A DNA stretch of 33,403 nt from Myxococcota bacterium (GTDB lineage: Bacteria; Myxococcota; SpSt-1050), in assembly GCA_049969675.1 (NCBI GenBank), contig JBMFOP010000024.1:1-33403 (forward strand). Reading direction: 5' to 3'. The first letter of the stretch is position 1, and each line of letters opens with the position of its first letter. Both the position numbers and the translations under genes were made by a program. A model generated the notes under the pieces. That model was given only the letters and a program-made list of their open reading frames with translations, did no database searches and was not told the DNA's origin. Of the stretch, positions 27,215 through 33,403 are shown piece after piece.

Positions 27215-29620
27215 TGCCTTAACAATAAACTCCCTCTCAATAGCATTTTTTGGATTCTTCTTGGAGAACCAGAATCTCTTCTCCGAGACAAAATCCACTC
27301 TCAATTTATATCTCCCCTTCTTAAAAAATACAGGCAATATTCTTTCAAAATATATTGAATCACCAGTTGACAGATCAGAATATACTGGGTATCTAAATTC
27401 ATACCTCACATCTTTATTGTCGTCATCAATACCTTCAATAAAGACGGCTGTTCTGAAGACACCATCCGTAGTAAAGTCATCAATATCCACAGCCGCTATA
27501 ATATAGTTCTCTGAATTGTTTTTAATATTTAAACCTATTTTGAGTGGTTCATCAACTGTAAGAATTTCTGAATAATTAAAATCTGATATCTCTATACTCT
27601 CCGAGAGTTCTGTATTACAACTTTTGCTTATTTTTACATATTTAAAAGTATCAGTCCCTTTCAAACGGAGATAATAATCTCCTTCCTTCTCATTAAATAC
27701 CCCTTTAATCAAAAGATGCACATATCCATTCTCATAAACCTGATATGCAATTATATCCGCCTTTACATCTCTGATATGATTCTTAACACTATCATATATC
27801 TCAATCTGAGTCGGGTATCTCCTCCTCTTTGATATATAAAAATGATTTTCATCTAATCTCAATACCACACCACCATTGACCCTCTCTCCAGGTTTGATGC
27901 AGGATGGGAGATAAATCTCCGCATCGGATAATTTTAGATTATAAAAATTTAGCTCAGATAGCCCTCTATTATTAATTTCAAATATTACATCTCTAACATT
28001 TGAAAAGACTTTCTTTACATCCTGTGAATATTCTAAAAGATTCACTACCTTATCATAGATATTTGAAGGTATATAACTCCGTAAAACAAAATACCTAATA
28101 TTTAAGTCTTTGAGGAGATTTATAAACTGTGGTGCCGAATAATTCTTCACAGCATCACATAGATTCTCAAGCGGCTTTGAATTCCACCCCGAATAACCAT
28201 TGTAGGTAGGCTTGTTATAATATAGTGATGCAAATGTCTGTGCGGCGTCTTTGTATGCCTTAAATGCCGGATATTCAAAGACTACACCGTAGGGTAACTC
28301 TCTGAGTTTTTTATATATTGGGTCATACTCGGGGTGATTTGAAGGAGTACGGATTACTATTCTATGAGAGCCTTCTAATATATAAAAAACAGATAAAATT
28401 ATGACCGCCGAGCCAAAGAGAACCTTGAGAAATCTACTCTCCTTCAATCTATCTATAATCCCTGCAATAAAGAATGCAACAGAGGCAGACATTGCAAAAT
28501 ACATAAATATAGCAAATCGTGTTGGTACCCTTATCCCATAATATCCGGGGATAAATCTCCATAAGAGATAATAAGGTCCTTTTATATTTCCTTGAAGTCC
28601 GTTTATATAAGGACCCAGAGATAGAGTAAAACAGATAACGGCAACCAGAGAGAAGAAAATGATATATCCCCGATATTGTTTATTAAAAAAGACAGAGAAA
28701 AGTCCACATATAAAGAAAAATAGAAAGGTTATACCTGGGAATAAGAAACATTCCCATTTGCCATAATTCTTCAATAGTTTTCCCCATAAAATATTTGTCT
28801 CATGAACCCCCAGAAAATTACTCAGTTGTGGAGAATAATACCTTATATCATGCATAAATCTCTCAAAGAACATCTCATCTCTGAGCCTGAGATATGGCAG
28901 GATAAAAGGCAGGGATATTATTAAAACAAATAGGAGAATACCTGTTAGGTAGATGTAAAATCTTATGTTGAAAATGACTTTCTGATTATAAGCGATAAAA
29001 ATAAAATATAAACCAAAAGGAACTATAAAAAATGCAGTCATATTATTAGACCAGAGAAATTGACAGAGGAGTGAGACACCAAAAAATATAGCACCACGGA
29101 TATCTAATCTCTGAGAGAATATATAAAAAGAGAGGAATAAGAGAGGAATTACCCACCAATGCAGAACATTCATATGAACGAGATGTGTATATCTATATGG
29201 GACAAAGCTAAATAAAATTGCAGAGAGAATTGCAGATAGAAAGGAATTTGTAATGTAAAAGATGAAAATATACATTGATAAACCGGCAAGAACGAGGAGG
29301 AGAAAAACTATTATATTGTGCGTCAAAACTTCATTTTTTATAATTGTATTTAGAGGTATGAAGAAGAGTTGAGATATAGTATGATGCTCGGTAAATGAAA
29401 GTGTATCTGGATAGGGGTAATAATAGGTTGTATTAAAGTAGTTCTTAAAATCAAGCGAAAATATCTTCTGATACTCCCACTTCAATATATATGAATTGAG
29501 CAGGAGATCGTCGGGATTATCCGGTGAAGAATCTTTGAGGTTCAGAGAAAATGGATATAATGCAAAGATATTTCCAAGTGTAAGTATAAAGAAGACAAAT
29601 ATTAAAATATAGTATCGCAT
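27206..29620 (-). CDS. Polytopic membrane protein, GT-C/YfhO-like, with C-terminal extracytoplasmic domains
   Basis: First-loop PDDLL, YYPYPDTLSFTEH, FSFVPYR, LSLGP, IPGYYGIRVPTRF and NGYSG; about 12 hydrophobic segments followed by a soluble beta-rich tail. Confidence 0.75.
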   Translation of the reverse strand: MRYYILIFVFFILTLGNIFALYPFSLNLKDSSPDNPDDLLLNSYILKWEYQKIFSLDFKNYFNTTYYYPYPDTLSFTEHHTISQLFFIPLNTIIKNEVLTHNIIVFLLLVLAGLSMYIFIFYITNSFLSAILSAILFSFVPYRYTHLVHMNVLHWWVIPLLFLSFYIFSQRLDIRGAIFFGVSLLCQFLWSNNMTAFFIVPFGLYFIFIAYNQKVIFNIRFYIYLTGILLFVLIISLPFILPYLRLRDEMFFERFMHDIRYYSPQLSNFLGVHETNILWGKLLKNYGKWECFLFPGITFLFFFICGLFSVFFNKQYRGYIIFFSLVAVICFTLSLGPYINGLQGNIKGPYYLLWRFIPGYYGIRVPTRFAIFMYFAMSASVAFFIAGIIDRLKESRFLKVLFGSAVIILSVFYILEGSHRIVIRTPSNHPEYDPIYKKLRELPYGVVFEYPAFKAYKDAAQTFASLYYNKPTYNGYSGWNSKPLENLCDAVKNYSAPQFINLLKDLNIRYFVLRSYIPSNIYDKVVNLLEYSQDVKKVFSNVRDVIFEINNRGLSELNFYNLKLSDAEIYLPSCIKPGERVNGGVVLRLDENHFYISKRRRYPTQIEIYDSVKNHIRDVKADIIAYQVYENGYVHLLIKGVFNEKEGDYYLRLKGTDTFKYVKISKSCNTELSESIEISDFNYSEILTVDEPLKIGLNIKNNSENYIIAAVDIDDFTTDGVFRTAVFIEGIDDDNKDVRYEFRYPVYSDLSTGDSIYFERILPVFFKKGRYKLRVDFVSEKRFWFSKKNPKNAIEREFIVKALE

Positions 29621-29689
29621 TTTCCCTTTATCAATTCCTATAATAGGACTTTCAATTTAAATTAAGACAGAACAAAATATTATAAAATC

Positions 29690-31192
29690 TTACTTCTGAT
29701 TCTGTTCAATCCACTCAGGGCATTTAAGCCATAGACAGGATTTTGAGACCAGATTTCCATCCTGATCCTTTATATCTCTGCATTCATGTCCTCTTGGACA
29801 TTCACCATCTTTCCCCGTACAGGGGACACCGCAGAATTTCCCTATAGTATTCCCATCCTTATCCTGAAATTCATAGCAGTAACCATCAAATCCATTTTTA
29901 GTATCACACTCTTCATTCTTTTCACACTTTGTACACCACGGGGGTGTAGATGCCAGATAACACTCTCCATCTTTTACGGTCTCCCCTTCTGGGTTTTTAC
30001 AGGGGGATTTACTCGGGTCCTCTCCACAACAGAATTCAAAGATATTGCAGGAGACCGTGGCTCCGCCATTCTCAAGGCAGTTAAGCTTTACACACACCTG
30101 ATTCTCACACTTATACCCCGACCAGCAATCCTTTGGTGTTCTACACTTATCACACATACACATATTGGTATTGGTATCACAATAACCCGGGAAACAGCAC
30201 TCAGAATCAGAAAGGCAACCGGGGGTACAATTATTATTTTCATCACATATTTGAATTATACACCTGCTATTCTTACACAACCACTGCCTTGGGAGTGTGA
30301 GCCTGCCAAACATCGTATCACAGTCAGCATCACTCATACAGGGCTGGTCACATTTGCCATTGTAATGACACACTGGCTTTGCTGATGAGCACTGGTCATC
30401 ATAAGGTTGCCCATTCTTTATACAGGAGGCAATACAGCTATGTGTATCAAGCCTGCATAAGAATCCCTGAGGACAATCCCTGTCATTCTCACAGTAGCCC
30501 GCACAGACTCCATATTTAGAATCTCCAAGATACTTTACGCATTTGGACTTATTAGGGTCTTTACAATCATCTTCAGTCTCACAGATTGTCGTTCCAGCAC
30601 AGGTAAATGGATCTGCCTGATCCAGTCTCTTTGGTTTGCACTGATTTGGATTTGGGCCAGGTAGTGGATTCTCTACACTCACACACTCAAAGCCCGGAGG
30701 GCAGGCGGTCTTCCCACAGGCTTTACCACAATACTTCTTACCACCAATATATTCAATACATCTATCTTCATCCTCTCCATCTGAGACATTGTAACCACAT
30801 TCCTCATCAGAGTTACAGGGCTCACATATCATAAGCCTTCTCTTACAGACCTTTCCTGTGCTATCACAGTAATGGTCACCCTCTGGAAAATCGTAGTTAC
30901 AGGTGGCGGAATCTGTACAGGGCTTCCCTGCCACACACTTCCCCTTATCTTTATCACAGACCATATCCGGAGGACATTCCTGATCCCGCTCTGTACAGAA
31001 ATAATCTTTCTGGACAAATCTATCAGTAGGCCCGGCATCCTCTTCAATATCAGCATCGGATCTATTTTGAGTATCGCCCATCACAACATCTCTCAACCCA
31101 ATATCATTATCTCCACCTTTTGAACTATCGCTACAGCCCAGAAATGGAGATAATGCCGCCAAAGTCATCAGAATAAAAACTAGTTTATTCAT
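29690..31192 (-). CDS. Cysteine-rich repeat lipoprotein
   Basis: Lipobox FLG-C, acidic linker, then repeated C-x2-D-x-(D/E)-C-(P)-x-G-x2-C modules; 63 Cys by hand count; GGAGGT RBS. Confidence 0.88.
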   Translation of the reverse strand: MNKLVFILMTLAALSPFLGCSDSSKGGDNDIGLRDVVMGDTQNRSDADIEEDAGPTDRFVQKDYFCTERDQECPPDMVCDKDKGKCVAGKPCTDSATCNYDFPEGDHYCDSTGKVCKRRLMICEPCNSDEECGYNVSDGEDEDRCIEYIGGKKYCGKACGKTACPPGFECVSVENPLPGPNPNQCKPKRLDQADPFTCAGTTICETEDDCKDPNKSKCVKYLGDSKYGVCAGYCENDRDCPQGFLCRLDTHSCIASCIKNGQPYDDQCSSAKPVCHYNGKCDQPCMSDADCDTMFGRLTLPRQWLCKNSRCIIQICDENNNCTPGCLSDSECCFPGYCDTNTNMCMCDKCRTPKDCWSGYKCENQVCVKLNCLENGGATVSCNIFEFCCGEDPSKSPCKNPEGETVKDGECYLASTPPWCTKCEKNEECDTKNGFDGYCYEFQDKDGNTIGKFCGVPCTGKDGECPRGHECRDIKDQDGNLVSKSCLWLKCPEWIEQNQK

Positions 31193-31263
31193 TTTAAGAC
31201 CTCCAGATAAAGCGGAATTATTTTACTATGCCTGGTTGTATTTTGCAAACTCATAATAAAAGA

Positions 31264-32535
31264 TTATCTCAATAGTGCCCTTTTACCAATATCTCTTCTG
31301 TAATAAGCACCATCAAAATGGATATTTGATACAGCCCGATAGACTTTCTCTATAGCCTTTTCAATCGTATCGCCCAGTGCTGTCACTCCGAGAACCCTGC
31401 CCCCATTTGTAATAATTCTATCTGAATCCCTGAACGTTCCTGCATGAAAGACCATAATATCTTCCAGATCTCTGAACTGTTCAATCCCTGTAATCTCCAT
31501 CCCCTTCTTATAACTCCCCGGGTATCCCTGAGCAGCCATAACCACACAGATCGCAAATCTATCATCCCATACAACATTTTCGTCTTTTAAACTTCCATTT
31601 GCTGCACCTAAAAGGAGAGGAACTATATCTGTTTTGAGTCTCATCATCAGAGGCTGCGTCTCCGGATCTCCCATACGCGCATTAAACTCAAGTACATAAG
31701 GCTTATCATCTACAATCATTAGACCTGCATACAAAAATCCTCTATATGGACGACCCTTCTCCTTGAGTTTCTTTAAGAGTGGATAAATAATTTCATTTAT
31801 TACTTTCTGCTGTTCTTTCTCATTCAAAACTCTTGCTGGAGAATATGCCCCCATTCCACCAGTATTGGGACCCTCATCGTTGTCATAAGCCCTTTTATGG
31901 TCCTGACTCGTTGCAAATGGGATAAAGGTATCTCCATCTGTAATACCCATAAAAGAGACCTCTTCACCTTCTAAAAACTCCTCTATCACCACTCGCTTAC
32001 CAGCAGAGCCAAATAGTCCTTCTTTCATTATCGCATTGACGGCGGCAATTGCCTCACCTTTATTGAGACAGGGGAATACCCCTTTTCCCTGTGCAAGCCC
32101 ATCTGCTTTTACCACAAGTGGTCTATCAGCTGACATTATATATTTCTCTGCTTCCGATACATCATCAAATACAGCAAAATCCGCAGTTGGAATATTCGCC
32201 TCTTGCATAATAAGTTTTGAAAATACCTTGCTGGATTCAATCTCTGCTGCACCCTGCATAGGTCCAACGACTGGAAGGCCACTTTTACAGAATTCATCTG
32301 CCAGTCCCAATGCAAGTGGTAACTCCGGGCCAACAACAGTGAGGTCTATTTTATGGGCAATAGCAAAATTCTTTAGACCAATTATATCCTCAGGGGAGAT
32401 CTCAATATTAATGGCTATCTCCTGAGTCCCCGCGTTCCCCTTTGCACAGTACACCTCTTTTACCAATGGTGATTTTCTAATCTTATAGACAAGGGCGTGT
32501 TCTCTCCCCCCATTTCCTATGACAAGTACATTCAT
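31264..32535 (-). CDS. purD: Phosphoribosylamine--glycine ligase
   Basis: [60 protein letters not shown] and TNGGRVL. Confidence 0.98.
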   Translation of the reverse strand: MNVLVIGNGGREHALVYKIRKSPLVKEVYCAKGNAGTQEIAINIEISPEDIIGLKNFAIAHKIDLTVVGPELPLALGLADEFCKSGLPVVGPMQGAAEIESSKVFSKLIMQEANIPTADFAVFDDVSEAEKYIMSADRPLVVKADGLAQGKGVFPCLNKGEAIAAVNAIMKEGLFGSAGKRVVIEEFLEGEEVSFMGITDGDTFIPFATSQDHKRAYDNDEGPNTGGMGAYSPARVLNEKEQQKVINEIIYPLLKKLKEKGRPYRGFLYAGLMIVDDKPYVLEFNARMGDPETQPLMMRLKTDIVPLLLGAANGSLKDENVVWDDRFAICVVMAAQGYPGSYKKGMEITGIEQFRDLEDIMVFHAGTFRDSDRIITNGGRVLGVTALGDTIEKAIEKVYRAVSNIHFDGAYYRRDIGKRALLR

Positions 32536-32951
32536 TTCTTCTCTCCGAGGTCGTAGTCCGGGTCTATTCCGAGCTTTCTTAAGACCTCTGTCGCTTCACT
32601 CTCAATCTGTCTGACTCTCTCCCTCGTTAGATTCATCAACTCTCCAACCTCTTCAAGGGTCAGACCGCCCTTCTCTGCCACATCCAGTGCACAGGTCTCT
32701 TTGAGCTCCCAGATAGTCTTATCCGGAAAGTTAATCTTGATTGAGCCATTCTCCTCATTTACATCCAGATAGAGATGATATTTGCAGGAGACAAATGGAC
32801 AGGGTCTAAGGGAGTTCACACAATCAGACCTCTTTCTCGGCCTCTTAAGAGAGAGGAGATGCCTTAAATCCTCAATATCCTCCGGTGTGAGTTTCGTCTT
32901 CTTAAGAACCCTCTTTGAGAGAGTCTTCGGTTTTGTCTTTGATTGAGACAT
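32532..32951 (-). CDS. asgB: AsgB-like DNA-binding protein (Cys/His domain + sigma70 region-4 HTH)
   Basis: [46 protein letters not shown], then [21 protein letters not shown] (region 4.2). Recognised from memory as resembling Myxococcus AsgB; 4-bp overlap with purD. Confidence 0.75.
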   Translation of the reverse strand: MSQSKTKPKTLSKRVLKKTKLTPEDIEDLRHLLSLKRPRKRSDCVNSLRPCPFVSCKYHLYLDVNEENGSIKINFPDKTIWELKETCALDVAEKGGLTLEEVGELMNLTRERVRQIESEATEVLRKLGIDPDYDLGEKK

Positions 32952-33030
32952 TAGAATTCAACCCTCCAGAATTCAAAGGCATACCTTCTTAATATAATAC
33001 ACTTTATACAATCCCTCTGCACAGCAAGAT

Positions 33031-33058
33031 AATCTAACAGAAAAAAAAATTTTTACAA
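33031..33058 (-). promoter_or_regulatory. Candidate sigma70 promoter for asgB-purD
   Basis: TTGTAA (33058..33053)-N16-TAGATT with an extended TGn. Confidence 0.4.
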
Positions 33059-33103
33059 CTTAAAAAGTAAGAATATTATCAATATGTTAACTTTTACTAT
33101 ATC

Positions 33104-33403
33104 AATCAGATGAGCCAGAACCAGAATTAAAATAATTTTAACTTCACATCTGTCCAAAATAATCTATTTTGAAGAATTAACTATTTGTAAAATAAGGACT
33201 TCAGACTGATAAATCCAAATTTTCAAAATCAGGTTATCACAATTCTCTTTATAATTCATTAAAAGACTGTCCAAAATTTAATCCCTAACTTCCCAATTTT
33301 TAAGTAATATGATGGTCTGTTTTTTCTACCAATCTCCTTAGTTTGTCTGGCTATTTCAAGGACTATTAAGTAGATTAAAAACTTCCCACTTAATGTTTAT
33401 TAG
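33104..33403 (+). repeat. Longest copy of the dispersed repeat family, truncated by the window end
   Basis: 33150-33282 matches the 26.3-26.4 kb copy, 33285-33403 matches the 57-184 copy, and 33104-33133 weakly matches the reverse complement of 230-263. CTGTCCAAAAT occurs at 33150 and 33267. Confidence 0.85.

Noticed and set aside
29786..30385. 199-aa + strand ORF and other short antisense ORFs inside long genes
   Set aside because: Shadows of biased codon usage in well-supported opposite-strand genes.
29690..31192. Multiheme cytochrome interpretation of the Cys-rich protein
   Set aside because: No CxxCH motifs.
57..33403. Whole window as a composite transposon or linear replicon with terminal inverted repeats
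   Set aside because: The repeats are only ~84% identical, related copies occur internally, the cargo is core genes, and there is no intact transposase or replication gene.

Overview
Low-GC (roughly 35-40% by eye) bacterial chromosomal segment. Gene content suggests a Myxococcota/deltaproteobacterial lineage: an AsgB-like sigma-region-4 protein beside purD, a lepA-lepB-MinD-like-J/HTH cluster, and Cys-rich and Asp-linker lipoproteins. Housekeeping genes are nadD, ispG, thiL, a GH57 glucanotransferase, pdp-deoB-deoC, hsp20, lepA, lepB and purD. Other genes encode five lipoproteins (a 1086-aa PPC/lamin-tail protein, a beta-propeller, a PHP-like hydrolase, a 63-Cys protein and an unknown), a GT2/GT-C pair, and a MinD-like ATPase/HPD-less J-HTH/DUF4177/Fe-S/lipid-kinase operon. 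The ORF track misses two things. First, a dispersed, partly palindromic non-coding repeat family (CTGTCCAAAAT motif) has inverted copies at both window ends and further copies at ~11.3 and ~26.4 kb. Second, the 1.6-kb intergenic region at 24.9-26.5 kb holds an internally deleted IS4-family transposase, an integrase-core remnant and REP-like hairpins. No rRNA, tRNA or CRISPR array was seen. All identities and counts are hand-derived.
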